64,000 nt of DNA from assembly GCF_009914755.1 (NCBI RefSeq), contig NC_060928.1. One strand, 5' to 3'. This document shows, piece by piece, positions 31,792 to 45,002 of the stretch (position 1 is its first letter; the number at the start of each line of letters is the position of its first letter). The DNA comes from the human T2T-CHM13v2.0 reference genome, Homo sapiens. Position numbers and translations under genes: made by a program. The notes beneath the pieces are model-generated. The model was not told the DNA's origin and searched no databases. It saw only the letters and a list, made by a program, of their open reading frames with translations.

Positions 31792-32572
31792 TGAAGGAAA
31801 CAAAATATTTCACCCCAAAATATTTAGGACTGTTATGTCAAAGACACTGAAAATGCAGGGGAACACTGCCTCAGCCTCGGTCTGCCTCCTAATGGCAGGA
31901 CGTCAATCCTTCCTTACTGGAGACAGCACTTGCTTATGGGCCCAGAGAAGGCACCAGCAGACCCGAGAGGAATCTGGGAACAGATTCTACTATCTTCCCA
32001 CATTTTCCCACCCTTTAAAGGATGAGAACTGCTCTTCTCTTTGTTTTGTAACTACACAGGATTCACGGCTCTTTCTTAAAATATTTTTAAAGCAAGGCCC
32101 CTAAGCCACTGCCTTGAGAGAGTTTTTTGTTTGTTTTTGTTTTAGGTAGGGTCTCACTGTGTCACCCAGACTGGAGTGAAGTGGAGTGATCGTGGTTCAC
32201 TGCAGCCTAAAGCTCCTGGGCTCAAGTGATCTTCCCACGTAGCTTGGGACTACAGGTCCATGCCACCACACCTAATTTTTAATTTTTTTTTAATGAGGAA
32301 GGGGTCTTGCTATGTTGACCAGGATAGTCTCAAACTCCTGACCTCAAGCCATCCTGCCACCTTGGCCTCCCATAATGCTGGAATTACAGGCATGAACCAT
32401 CTTGCTTGGCCCAACAGTTTTTCACTGAGGCTTCTTCCAAGTGATGGGTACAGCAGGTGTTAATAAATTTCCATTTGTTTATCTTTTGTTAATTTGGCTT
32501 CTGTTTCGGGAAAATGTCACAACTAGTAACCTAAAAAAGGTAAAGAAAATAAATTATATTTTCTCTCCTGCA
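31792..32572 (+). mobile_element. ERV1-class solo LTR (MER34/MER39-related) with an AluJ insertion
   Basis: TG...CA termini (TGAAGGAAACAAAATATTTCACCCCAAAATAT ... TTTTCTCTCCTGCA), AATAAA at about 32462, and 4-bp TSD GCTC/ACTC. Confidence 0.75.
32123..32412 (-). mobile_element. AluJ
   Basis: Diverged antisense Alu with J-type features (GGGTCTCACTGTGTCACCCAG, CACTGCAGCC, CTCCTGGGCTCAAGTGATC, GGGTCTTGCTATGTTG). Confidence 0.9.
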
Positions 32573-32797
32573 ACTCCTACTCATTATCAGGGCAAGATGC
32601 CTTGAACTCAATCAGAAGGCAGCTGTTAAGAGACTAAAAAGCTAATCAGTGATTTCGGCAATCTGAGTGTACTACAGGACAAAACCTGCTGTTGAGAACC
32701 CATCTAGGAGGGGGTTATCTGGTAAATCATCTGAAGAGCCACGTCCTAAGAGTAAGGACAGACCAGGAATTACACAGCCCTCACAGCTGAATGATGT

Positions 32798-32858
32798 ACA
32801 GGGCAACAATGAATTATCAGGACAAAAATGTCAACAGTGCCAAGGTTGAGAACCATTG
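32798..32858 (+). mobile_element. MER20 3' fragment
   Basis: GAATTATCAGGACAAAAATGTCAACAGTGCCAAGGTTGAGAACC. Confidence 0.6.
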
Positions 32859-33869
32859 ATCCTGAGGAATGGTCTGTATATCTTTCACATAGAACAGCTA
32901 AGTGAGTTTTCCTCCCAACTGTATTGTTCACCTGCTGGGATAACCTTGACTAAGGCAATAAACTTTTAGGGCTTCATGTTTTTCATTGGCAAAATAAACA
33001 ATTAATTCATTATTTTTAACCAATAAAGTGGCTAAACTTGGTTAGCTCTAAAATCTTTCCCTTCAGTAAAAGTCTCATTTTATTTTGTGGTTAATTAAAA
33101 AGTAAGTATTATCTGGATAATTTCGATGATATAGGCAGGAAAAAGATTATAAATCCATTAACCATAATGTATAAGCTTGCATTGCGAGGGCCTTCTTGGC
33201 TTACTTGCAACTGGGGAGATCCACACTTGTGTTCAGAGGAAAAAAGGAATACTAAAGCTTTCTAATAAGAATCTTACAAGTGAAAGTACTAGGATTTATG
33301 TTAAAATCGCAACAAAAGGGAACAGTAAAAATAGACAAACGAATTCCTGAGCATGAGGAACCACAAATGCAATTAAAGAAAATGTTATTTAAAATCAAGG
33401 CTGTAGCAGTTTAATGAGTAAGTAAAACTGTTCTGGGTTTATATGAATCGGGCATCATCCGAGGCCAATTAAAATTCTAAACAAAATATACACTTTACAT
33501 ACCTGTATATGGACATATTTTAAATTCTTGTAATAATAATAAGAGTGTCGTGCTTTTATTTTGACCTTAAAATAACATTTTTTTGTAAAATGGAATTTGG
33601 TATTGGTTTGCAAATGCTAATAGTCTGCAAATTTAGGATGATGACAGTAGGAGAAATGCAAAAGAACTGATTTATTTATAAAACTAAAAATAATATTTAG
33701 TGGCATAAAAATTTGCATAGACCCCTTTAATAGCATTGGCAGGCAAGTGACTGTCTAAATTCTCTGAGAACATCATCATTTTTGACTAAGAGGAATAAAT
33801 TATACTATGAAAACTATAACTATTCTTTAAGCCAAAATATACAGATGAGGACTATAATATACAGAAGAG

Positions 33870-34937
33870 TCTTTATCCAATTTGCCAGTCTGTGTCTTTT
33901 AATTGGGGCATTTAGCCCATTTACATTTAAGGTTAATATTGTTATGTGTGAATTTGATCCTGTCATTATGATGATAGCTGGTTATTTTGCCCATTAATTG
34001 ATGCAGTTTCTTCATAATATCGATGGTCTTTACAATTTGGTATGTTTTTGCAGTGGCTGGTACCAGTTTTTCCTTTCCATATTTAGTGCTTCTTTCAGGA
34101 CCTCTTGTAATGCAGGCCTAGTGGTGACAAAATCTCTCAGCATTTGCTTGTCTGTAAAGGATGTTATTTTCTCCTTTGTTTATGAAGCTTAGTTTGGCTG
34201 GTAAGAAATTCTGGGTTGAAAATTCTTTTCTTTAAGCATGTTGAATATTGGCCCCCACTCTCTTCTGGTTGTAGGGTTTCTGCAGAGAGAGCTGGTGTTT
34301 GTCTGATGGGCTTCACTTTGTGGGTAACCCAATCTTCTCTCTGGCTGCCCTTAACATTTTTTCCGTCATTTCAACCTTGGTAAATCTGATGATTATGCGT
34401 CTTGGGGTTGCTCTTCTTGAGGAGTATCTTTGTGGTGTTCTCTGTATTTCCCGAATTTGAATGTTGGCCTGTCTTGCTAGGTTGGGGAAGTTCTCCTGGA
34501 TGGTATCCGGAAGTGTATTTTCCAACTTGGTTTCATTCTCCCCGTCACTTTCAGCTACACCAATCAAAGGTAGTTTTGGTCTTTTCATACAGTCCCATAT
34601 TTCTTGGAGGCTTTGTTCGTTCGTTTTCATTCTTTTTTCTCTAATCTTGTTTTCACGCTTTATTTCATTAAGTTGATCTTCAATTTCTGATAACCTTTCT
34701 TCCGCTTGATCTATTTGGCTATTGATACTTGAGTATGTCTCACGAAGTTCTCGTGCTGTATTTTTCAGCTTCATCAAGTCATTTATGTTCTTCTCTAAAC
34801 TGGTTATTCTAGTTAGCAATTCCTCTAATCTTTTTTCAAGGTTCTTAGCTTCCTTGCATTGGGTTAGAACATGTTCCTTTAGCTTGGAGGAGTTTGTTAT
34901 TACCCCGCTTCTGAGCCTACTTCTGTCAATTTGTCAA
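33870..34937 (-). mobile_element. inverted 5' segment of an L1PA (most of ORF1, the inter-ORF spacer and the ORF2 start)
   Basis: ORF 34313..34819(-) translates to decayed ORF1p (coiled coil, QENFPNLARQANIQIREIQRTPQRYSSRRATPR). The minus strand contains the ORF2 start ATGACAGGATCAAATTCACAC. Confidence 0.95.
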
Positions 34938-37900
34938 GACCCATCGGTGTGCTGTATTCAGGAGACCCATCTCATGTGCGAAGACACACAGAGGCTCAAA
35001 ATAAAGGGAGGGAGGAATATTTAGCAAATGGAAAGTTAAAAAAAAAAAAAAAGCAGGGGTTGCAATCCTAGTCTTCAATAAAACAGACCTTAAACCAACA
35101 AAGATCAAAAAAGACAAAGAAGGGCATTACATAACGGTAAAGGGATCAATGCAACAAGAAGGGCTAACTATCCTAAATATATATGCACCCATTACAGGAA
35201 CACCCAGATTCATAAAGCAAGTTCTTGGAGATATACAAAGAGACTTAGACTCCCACACAATAATAGTGGGAGACTTCAACATGCCACTGTCAATATTAGA
35301 CAGATCAACGAGACAGAAAATTAACAAGAATATTCAGAACTTGAACTCAGCTCTGGACCAAGCAGACCTAACAGACATCTACAGAATTCTCCACCCCAAA
35401 TCAACAGAATATACATTCTTCTCTGCACCACATTGCACTTATTCTAAAATTGACCACATAATTGGAAGTAAAACACTCCTCAGCAAATGCAAAAGAACAG
35501 AAACCATAACAAACTGTCTCTCAGACCACCGTGCAATCAAATTAGAACTCAGGATTAAGAAATTCACTCAAAACTGCATAACTACATCGAAACTGAACAA
35601 CCTTCTCCTGAATGACTACTGGGTAAATAGGCAGAAACAAATAACTTCTTCGAAACCAAAAAGAACAAAAACACAAGTATCAGAATCTCCAGGGCACAGA
35701 TAAAGCCATGTTTTGAGGGAAAATTATAGCACTAAATGCCCACAGGAGAAAGCAGGAAAGATCTAACATTGACACCCTAAAATCACAATTAAAAGAATTA
35801 CAGAAGCAACAGAAACAAATTCAAAAGCTAGCAGAAGTCAAGAAATAACTAAAATCAGAGCAGAATTGAAGGAGATAGAGACATGAAAAACCCTTCAAAA
35901 AAAATTGATGAATCCAGGAGCTGGTTTTTTGAAAAGATTAACAAAGTAGATAGACCACTAGCCAGATTAATAAAAAAGAAAAGAGAGAAGTATCAAATGG
36001 ACACAAAAATGACGAGGATATCACCACTGATCCCACAGAAATACAAACTATCATCAGAGAATACTATAACCACCTCTATGCAAATAAACTAGAAAATCTA
36101 GAATAAATGAATAAATTCCTGGCCACATACACCCTCCCAAGACTAAATCAGGAAGAAGTCGAATCCCTGAATAGACCAATAACAAGTTCTGAAATTGAGG
36201 CAGTAATTAATGGCCTACCAACCAAAAAAATCCCAGGACCAGACGGATTCACAGCCAAATTCACAGCCGAATTCTACCAAGAGCCGGTACCATTCCTTCT
36301 GAAACTATCGTAAGAAATAGAAAAAGAAGGACTCCTTCCTAATGCATTTTATGATCATCCTGATATCGAAACCTGGCAGAGACACAACAAAAAGAAAATT
36401 TCAGGCCAATATCCCTGATGAACATCCATGCAAAAATCCTCAATAAAATACTAGCAAACCAAATCCAGCAGGACATCAAAAAGCTTACACACCACGATCA
36501 AGTCAGCTTCATCCCTGGGATGCAAGGCTGGTTCAACATATGCAAATCAATAAGTGTAATTCATCACATAAACAGAACCAATGACAAAACCACATAATTA
36601 TCTCACAAGATGCACAAAAGGCCTTCGATACAATTCAACACCTCTTCATGATAAAAACACTCAATAAACTAGATATTGATGGAACATATCTCAAAATAAT
36701 AAGAGCTATTTATGACAAACCCACAGCCAAAATCATGCTGAATGGGCAAAAGCTGGAAGAATTCCCTTTGAAAACCAGCACAAGACAAGGATGCCTTTTC
36801 TCACCACTCCTATTAAACATAGTATTGGAAGTTCTGGCTAGGGCAATCAGGCAAGAAAAGAAATAAAGTGTATTCAAACAGGAAGAGAGGAAGTCAAATT
36901 GTCTCCGTTTGCAGACTACATGATTGTATGTTTAGAAAACCCCATCATCTCAGCCCAAAATCTCCTTAAGCTGATAAGCAACTTCAGCAAAGTCTCAGGA
37001 TACAAAATCAATATGCAAAAATCACAAGCATTCCTATACACCAATAATACACAAACAGAGAGCCAAATCATGAATAAACTCCCATTCACAATTGCTACAA
37101 AGAGAATAAAATACCTAGGAATACAACTTACAAGGGATGTGAAGGACCTCTTCAAGGAGAACTACAAACCACCGCTCAAGGAAATAAGAGAGGACACAAA
37201 CAAATGGAAAAACATTCCATGCTCATGGATAGGAAGAATATCGTGAAATTGGCCATACTGCCAAAAGTAATTTATTGATTCAAAGCTATCCCCATCAAGC
37301 TACCACTGACTTTCTTCATAGAATTAAAATAAAAAACTACTTTAAATTTCATATGGAACCAAAAAAGAGCCTGTATAGCCAAGACAATCCTAAGCAAAAA
37401 GAACAAAGCTGGAGGCACCATTTTACCTGACCTCAAACTATACTACAAGGCTACAGTAACCAAAACAGCATGGTACGGATACCAAAACAGATATATAGAC
37501 CAATGGAACAGAACAGAGGCCTCAGAAATAATACCACACATCGACAACCATCTGATCTTTGACAAATCTGACAAAAACACACAATGGGGACAGGATTCCC
37601 TATTTAACAAATGGGTTTTGGAAAACTGGCTAGCCATAGGCAGAAAACTGAAACTGGACCCCTTCCTTAAACTTTATACAAAAATTAACTCAAGATGGAT
37701 TACAGACTTTAACGTAAGACCTAAAACCATAAAAACCCTAGAAGAAATCCTAGGCAATACTGTTCAGGACATAGGCATGGGCAAAGACTTCATGACTAAA
37801 ACACCAAAAGCAATGGCAACAAAAGCCAAAATTGACAAATGGAATCTAACCATACTAAAGAGTTTCTGCACAGTAAAAGAAACTATCATCAGAGTGAACA

Positions 37901-38859
37901 GGCAACCTACAAAATGGGAGAAAATTTTTGCAATCTATCCATATGACAAAGGGCTAATATCCAGAATCTACAAGGAACTTAAACAAATGTACAAGAAAAC
38001 AACAAACAACCCCATCAAAAAGTGGGCAAAGGATATGAACAGACACTTCTCAAAAGACATTTATGCGGCCAACAAACATATGAAAAAAAGCTCATCATCA
38101 CTGGTCATTAGAGGAATGCAAATCAAAACCACAATGAGATACCATCTCATTCCAGTTAGAATGGCAATCATTAAAAAGTCAAGAAACAACAGATGCTGGA
38201 GAGGATGTGGAGAAACAGGAATGCTTTTACACTGTTGGTGGGAGTGTAAATTAGTTCAACCATTGTAGAAGACAGTGTAGCAATTCCTCAAGAATCTAGA
38301 ACCAGAAATACCATTTGACTCAGCAATCCCATTACTGGGTATATACCCAAAGGATTATAAATCATTTCACTATAAAGACACATGCACACATATGTTTATT
38401 TCAGCACTATTCACAGTAGCAAAGACTTGGAACCAACCCACATGTCTATCAATGATAGACTGGATAAAGAAAATGTGGCACATACATACCATGAAATAGT
38501 ATGCAGCCATTAAAAAATGATGAGTTCATGTCCTTTGCAGGAATATGGATGAAGCTGGAAACCATTATTCTCGGCAAACTAACACAGGAACAGAAAACCA
38601 AACATCGCATGTTCTTACTCATAAGTGGGAGCTGAAGGATGAGAACACATGAACACAGGAAGGGGAACATCACACACCGGAGCCTGTCAGGGGGTGGGGG
38701 GACTAGGGGAGGGGAGGGATAGCATTAGGAGAAATACCTAATTAGATGATGGGTTGCTGGGTGCAGCAAACCACCATGGCACGTGTATACCTATGTAACA
38801 AACCTGCATGTTCTGCACATGTATCCCAGAACTTAAAGTATAATAAAAAAATATATACG
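34933..38859 (+). mobile_element. L1PA7/8-like LINE-1: disrupted ORF2 (EN, RT, C-terminal domain), 3' UTR and poly(A)
   Basis: ORF fragments LTILNIYAP..., [41 protein letters not shown] and [24 protein letters not shown]. The 3' end is GTATCCCAGAACTTAAAGTATAATAAAAAA. Many stops and frameshifts. Candidate TSD TACAGAAGAG (33860-33869) / TACAAAAGAG (38860-38869). Confidence 0.96.
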
Positions 38860-39044
38860 TACAAAAGAGATTACCATATCCATAGGTGGCAAGGCTTGAC
38901 TTGTGGAATAATTAAATCCATAATAATTTATAACTTACACTAAGAAGTGTTTCTTGTGCAACACAAAGAATTGCATTGCTACAAATATATATCTAATAAC
39001 AATGGCAAATTATCAATTTTTGTGGAAAACAATGTTTCCAGACA

Positions 39045-39362
39045 GTGTATTAGGCCCTATTTTTACTGTAATTCTTCTATGTTTAGACATGTTTATATAT
39101 GTGGTATAAATGTCCACAGTATTCAGTGTAGAAACATGCTGTACAGGTGTGTAGCCTAAAAGAAATAGGCTATAACCTACATCCTAGATGTGCAACAGAC
39201 TGTACCATCTAGATTTGTACCATCTAGAACAAATGTATATGGTATGGTCTGTTGTACATCATTTATACCATCTAGAACACTCTACAATGTTCATACAACA
39301 ATAAAATTGCCTGATGATACATTTCTCAGAATATGTCCACATCATTAAGCAATGCATGACTA
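39045..39362 (-). mobile_element. Tigger3a-like MITE
   Basis: ATTTTTACTGTA..TCTATGTTTAGA, ACATGCTGTACAGG, CATTTCTCAGAATATGTCC..CATTAAGCAATGCATGAC: the reverse complement of the element type seen at 22351. Confidence 0.8.
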
Positions 39363-40433
39363 TGTAAGAAATAGCTCTGGATTAAAATCCCAGTTTTGCT
39401 TTTAACCATCTGTAACTTTGGGGTTACAGGGTCTGTGAAGCAAGTGAAGTATCGAAGACACCTAATGCAGTGCCTAGAGTCTGTGTGTTCAGAACAAATG
39501 GCAATTCTCGTCCTTCTATTACTTATTCCATCCAACAAAGATTTGCTGAGTTCCTCTAGTGAATAAGGTGATGAATTTAATAAATAAGTCTGGAACTGGA
39601 AAGGTGATTTGTAGAAAGAATGCCTTGGCTTATTCAAAAAATGAAAAACTTTTTCCTCATAGTGTGTTCTCCCAAGAGAAGAGAAAATAGACTATGTGAG
39701 ATGCAGAGCTCAATGGCTATTTAGAATTGCCAATCTGTCCCTCACAGTGGCTGCTGACAGCCCCCTCCCCTCCCCCAGTATCATTTGGTCATCTCACTTA
39801 AGGCTCTTATCAGAGCTACACAAGCTCTGCTTCCTGGGGAGCTAGTGTCAGACCCGTTACATGGCCCCAAACTCATGAATACTGAGGTATGGTCTGACTT
39901 TGACAATTGATAGGCTGCTTAGACAACAGTCACTGGCAGTTGGAGAAGGTTAGGTCATACCCACCTGCATTTGAGGCTGCTGCCCTATGACCTTGGCAAT
40001 TGAACATAGGTTTTGAATGTTCCTGGGGTCCTTCTCTCTCAGGTTTTTCTGAGGCTGGAGCACTTCAAATAACTGCAAACACTGTACCCTCCTGGAAGAC
40101 CTACTACATGGTGTTGAGATGGTATCTATTCAAACTGCCTGCTATTAACGGAAGGGTAGTATGTCTGCTTTACCTTTCCTCAAAAATGATGAATGGAATT
40201 TGGGACTGAGGCTGTCATATATGGCAGTAGAAAAATGCTCAAAAACACTGGGCCCCAATCAGGCCCAATCAGCCTACCTGCATGACAAAACATTCCTTTT
40301 AAGCAATATGGTGGTTACCAAACTGGCCAGGCAAGGTAATGGCCTATTTCAGGGTCACCATTCCTTTGCAAAGTGATGCCCCATTTCAGTTGCTAAATCA
40401 AACCACCAATCATGGGCTAAAGTTTGAGATACG

Positions 40434-40759
<326 letters not shown>

Positions 40760-41737
40760 ATATACACACGAGATTAAATTCATTTTGGAGCACACTTCAA
40801 TTACTATAACAAAAGGCTAATGCTACTTTTAACTAATGACATTATGGTTTAAGGAGAAAACTTGAGATTTCTCTCATAGTTCTCTCATTGCTCAAAAGGT
40901 CACAACCTGACCTACTTTACTGGTCATTTGCCGTTTGCTATTTCCTTCATTTAGAGGAATTCTGACAACCTGTTTCTGGCCCACTGATTTTAAATTCTTC
41001 ATTCTTCTGGAATGAAGCAGTCCATATACAAAGAGACAGATTCATACAACACATCTAGACAGGTAGGATTTACCATCAAACTATACAATTCCTTCTAGCC
41101 ACAGTCAGGGCCCCTTGAGGCATCTGGTCTACCACATGCCCATATCCCAGTAAGATCATCCAGGCAGCACTATGCTCAACTACTTTTCTCAGATTACTTT
41201 CTGTATTTGATAACAGCTGACTCCAAAGGACATATCCATTCTGTTATCTATAGAAAGTCCCCCTGCTGACATCCAAAAGAAAGCTCCTCCTAAGCAAAGG
41301 ATTTGCTTGTAAATACTCACAGGTAGCATCCAGGCCTCTTTAGAAACACTGGCGTGATAATAGAAGATCTCAGAAAAATAACAACTGGCTTCCTGCTCCA
41401 GACCTCCCACCATCCCTGAACAGAAGCCCAAGGATTTAGGGCACAGGGCACCACCCTTTTCCTACTTCTCTATTCTCAGCAGCTGGTAAGGGCCTAACAG
41501 GAGGTACCTTATAAGGGGTTAAAGTCAGGTTAGCGAGTAGATGAATCTCTTACCACAGTCCCAGCAAGAATAGCTCTGCTAAGCACAAGATATAGAATCA
41601 AGTTTTTAAGCATTCAAATTAAATATTACCTTCCATACCTTCAATATAAGGCAGAAAAAGTGTATATAATAAAAATTCATTACTTCATTCCTTAAGTGAG
41701 CAGTACATCTGAGAATTATGGATGGTACCTATTGTAT

Positions 41738-42745
41738 CATTCATTCATATTTTCAATAGCTATGCAATGGATGCCTTTTCTACGCCAGGCTCTATAAATA
41801 CAGCCGTTAAGAAGACAAGAACCAAGCCATCATGGAGTTTATATTCCCATGTGGGAGACAGACAATAATGGAACAAATTAACAAATGAAATTATATAGAA
41901 ATTTCTAGTAGTGATAAGATAAGGGAGAATAAGAGAAGAGAGAATGAACAGCAGATGAAATATTTTCACAGTGGCCAGAGAAAACTGACAAAGGGGGTAA
42001 AGGGCGATGATGACAGGAAACGGTGACTGATGATGGGAAAAGGTGACTGATGTAAATAAGACTGATAGGAGAATCTGAAAAAATTGAGGGTGGTGACTGG
42101 GTACTCTTCCTGCTCACTTGAGCAATAAAACCCCATGATTCTAAAACGCTGCCAAATTGTACTTTGCTGGAAGATATTTCTCTTGGAGTACAAGTGGCAT
42201 AGCAAACTGAACTTAAAAAATAATGAGTTGGTTAAATATGAGAGAAATAGATGAATGGCTACTAGACTTTCTTGTTTGGGAATCATTCTAAAAGCATAAA
42301 GGGATATTTAAATGATAATTATTTTTTAAAAATCTGGAAAAAGAGGTTCCAAAGGTCCTGGGCTGGGAGCATTTGAGGACCAGCAAGAAGACATGATGGG
42401 CTGGGAAGTAGTAAGTGAGGGAAGTGGGGTAGGAAAGGGACTGGATTGGAAGCAGAGGCCAAACCACGGAAGAGGGCCCTGAGGACAATGGCAAGAACTT
42501 TAACTTGGTTCCAAGTATGATGGGGAATCCCTGGAAGATTTGAGCAGAGGAGTGATTGCCTTTGATTTGTATTTTCAAAAGTTCATTCTGTTTGCTGTAT
42601 GGGCAGCAGATGGCAGGGGGCAGGAAGGGAAGCTGAACACCAGCTAGAGGTGACAGTGGCAGTCCAGGCAAGAGCTCATGATAGCTTGGACTCGGTGACA
42701 ACAATGGTGATAAGATGCGATCAGATTCAGAGTGTGTTTCTGTGG
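41738..42745 (-). mobile_element. L2 LINE fragments
   Basis: CATTCATTCA start, CATGGAGTTTATATTC..GGGAGACAGACAATAA, and GAGCAGAGGAGTGA..TGATTTGTATTTTCAAAAG. Confidence 0.65.
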
Positions 42746-43584
42746 ACAATAATTACAGTTTTCATGTATTACATGCTCAGAGTCACCCCTTTACTGCATT
42801 ATGTAATGTAAGAGGTCACACACAACATCTATGATGGACAGCATAGGAGGCTCACTTTACAGATGAGGACTCCAAAGCCTAAACACTTGCTTCCTGAGCT
42901 CCCAGACCCTCTCTGCCCAGCAGGACTTGCAGTTCTTCCTAGAACAGTGGAAGCTCATCCTCACCAAGAGAATGACTTCAGACTGCTATCTCAACCATAT
43001 GCTGCTTTCTCTCTCCCCAGACAAGTGACTGTATCAGGGCTCAGAACCAGGTCAACCATGCACCAGAATCTTCTTTTTCACCATTACCCTATTCTGCCTC
43101 CCAAACTGGGTAGTAATAACCACAATGAGCAGAAGAGGGTACTTCCTACTTGGTAAAAACAGCACGGTGTCTCTACCTCTTAAGCTTGGAGGACTGCTCG
43201 TATAATAATCAACATTTAGCATATAGATGAAATTTCACCCAATCAAATTACAAGGTCTAATCACTTCTGACTCATTATCGTATTATTCTTGACTGTTTTA
43301 CAGAAGTTTGTGTGCTTTCCTGCACTTGCTGCATTTGCCATGTGTTTGCCTTCTTGCTGGTCACCAAAACCATTATTATCAGTGAATCACTAATTCATGA
43401 TTTAAGCAACACTGTCCCTGCCCTCATAATTTCGATCCTTATAGTTCTCGGGAAATTTAAAAAAAATTAAAATTTTATTCACGTAGGATTTTGATGCCTT
43501 CAAAGGAAAAACATCATTTCCTTAAATGATTAATAAAGAACCACGTGGTATAAGAACTTGAGGGAGATTTCAGATTCATCCCGC

Positions 43585-43745
43585 ATAGTGGCTGTCAGAC
43601 CTGAGTGCACTCTAGAAACATATGGGGAGTCCCCTCCCTGCAACAGACCATTTACATCAGAATCTCTGTAGGTGGGATCTGGGCAGCCCTAACTTTTAAA
43701 CTCCCCCAGGTGATCCCAATATGCAGTCAGGGTGGAGATCACTGA
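43585..43745 (+). mobile_element. MER5-family hAT relic
   Basis: ATCAGAATCTCTGTAGGTGGG...TTTTAAACTCCCCAGGTGATCCCAATATGCAG..AGGGTGGAGATCACTG. Confidence 0.7.
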
Positions 43746-45002
43746 TCTCAACCAAGTTCCCCTCCAGGCACCTCCTGCTCACCATTTTCAAATGAAAGAA
43801 AATGAGCCCCAGAGGAGGGAAGTGACTTGCCAACCGAAAAGCCAATTTGAGAGAGAGCCACAACTGAAACCCGAGTTTCCTAACTGCTGGTTCAATTTGC
43901 ATTCAGCATCCCCCAGACATAGAGGAGTGTAAGGGAGGAGGTGGAGTTTCACCATCAGTAATCATGATGATTCTATCTCTGACACTTCATTTCTCCTGAT
44001 TCGCCACCTTCGGTGGTGTCTTGCCTCAGCTGCCAAAATAGTGTAGCTTGGAGCAAAGTAATGCTAAAAAGCTGTGACAGGACCCCACAGCAGCAGCACC
44101 GCCAATATCCAACAGATGTCTTTTCTCCTTCAAAGGAGCACCATGCTCCTGAGTGAGCAAACATCTGAAGACTTCATCATACGGGCTATTATAAAAGAAA
44201 CGATAACTGCTCTACAGCTACACATGAATAGCCTTTGACTAATCCCATACTCTGGAACTTGACCTAAGGAAGTATTCATGGATATGCACTCATGTTTAGC
44301 TATATGTGAATGTTTACTGCAGCACTGTTTATGTAAGAGAAAAGTGGAAACATCACACAAATATCTTGGAAGAACCAAGGAAATTTCAAAATGTATGATT
44401 AAATTTTTAAAAGCTATAAAAACACACCGGCAATATATTACCCATTTGATAAAAGTAAATGTAATGAAAAAATATTAGAGTGTGGATGGTTCTTACTATC
44501 TCTTTTTAAATGTTCTATATTTTCAAATGTTTCTATATAGCATATGTATTTCATTTAAAATAAGAAAAACGTTTTATTAATACATATTTAAAGCTGCAGG
44601 ACAGTAAACACATGCACAGAATTGTATTTGGTTACAAACCTTTTTGACACTCTATGTCCTTCTGCTCATTACTAGTATGCCTTTTTCCCCTTAGACCAAG
44701 AACAGAAACCAGGCACCCACTTCATGCCACATGCTACAAGATGAATAAACATTTGTAATGGGAGAATCAAATTAGAACTTCCCCCACTTTATGAGTCAAA
44801 TGCTAAGAAAAAATATTTAATGGCATAGAATATTTTTATGAAATTAGAGATGAACATATGAACATAGTCCATCTTCCCAGGTTCCAGGTTATTTAGCAAT
44901 AGGTACTGAGCACTTTCTGCGTGCCAGGGACTGCTCTAGGCTTGGGGAACTTAACTGTGGACCAAAAATATTGTCTAAATGCCCCACTCTTGTGGAGCTT
45001 AC

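Noticed and set aside
31694-32104. 136-aa ORF on the plus strand
   Set aside because: Spans an LTR junction, begins at a non-ATG codon and shows no recognisable homology.
34313-38268. Endonuclease, reverse-transcriptase and ORF1p-like ORFs as a possible novel RT system
   Set aside because: Ordinary disrupted LINE-1 with many stops and frameshifts and no 5' UTR promoter; it cannot retrotranspose.
42288-42749. 153-aa ORF on the minus strand
   Set aside because: Lies in an L2 relic, begins at a non-ATG codon and has no coding signature.
44003-44020. GCCACCTTCGGTGGT as a CTCF site or UUCG tetraloop hairpin
   Set aside because: The spacing does not fit the CTCF core, and the stem register does not close a cUUCGg loop.
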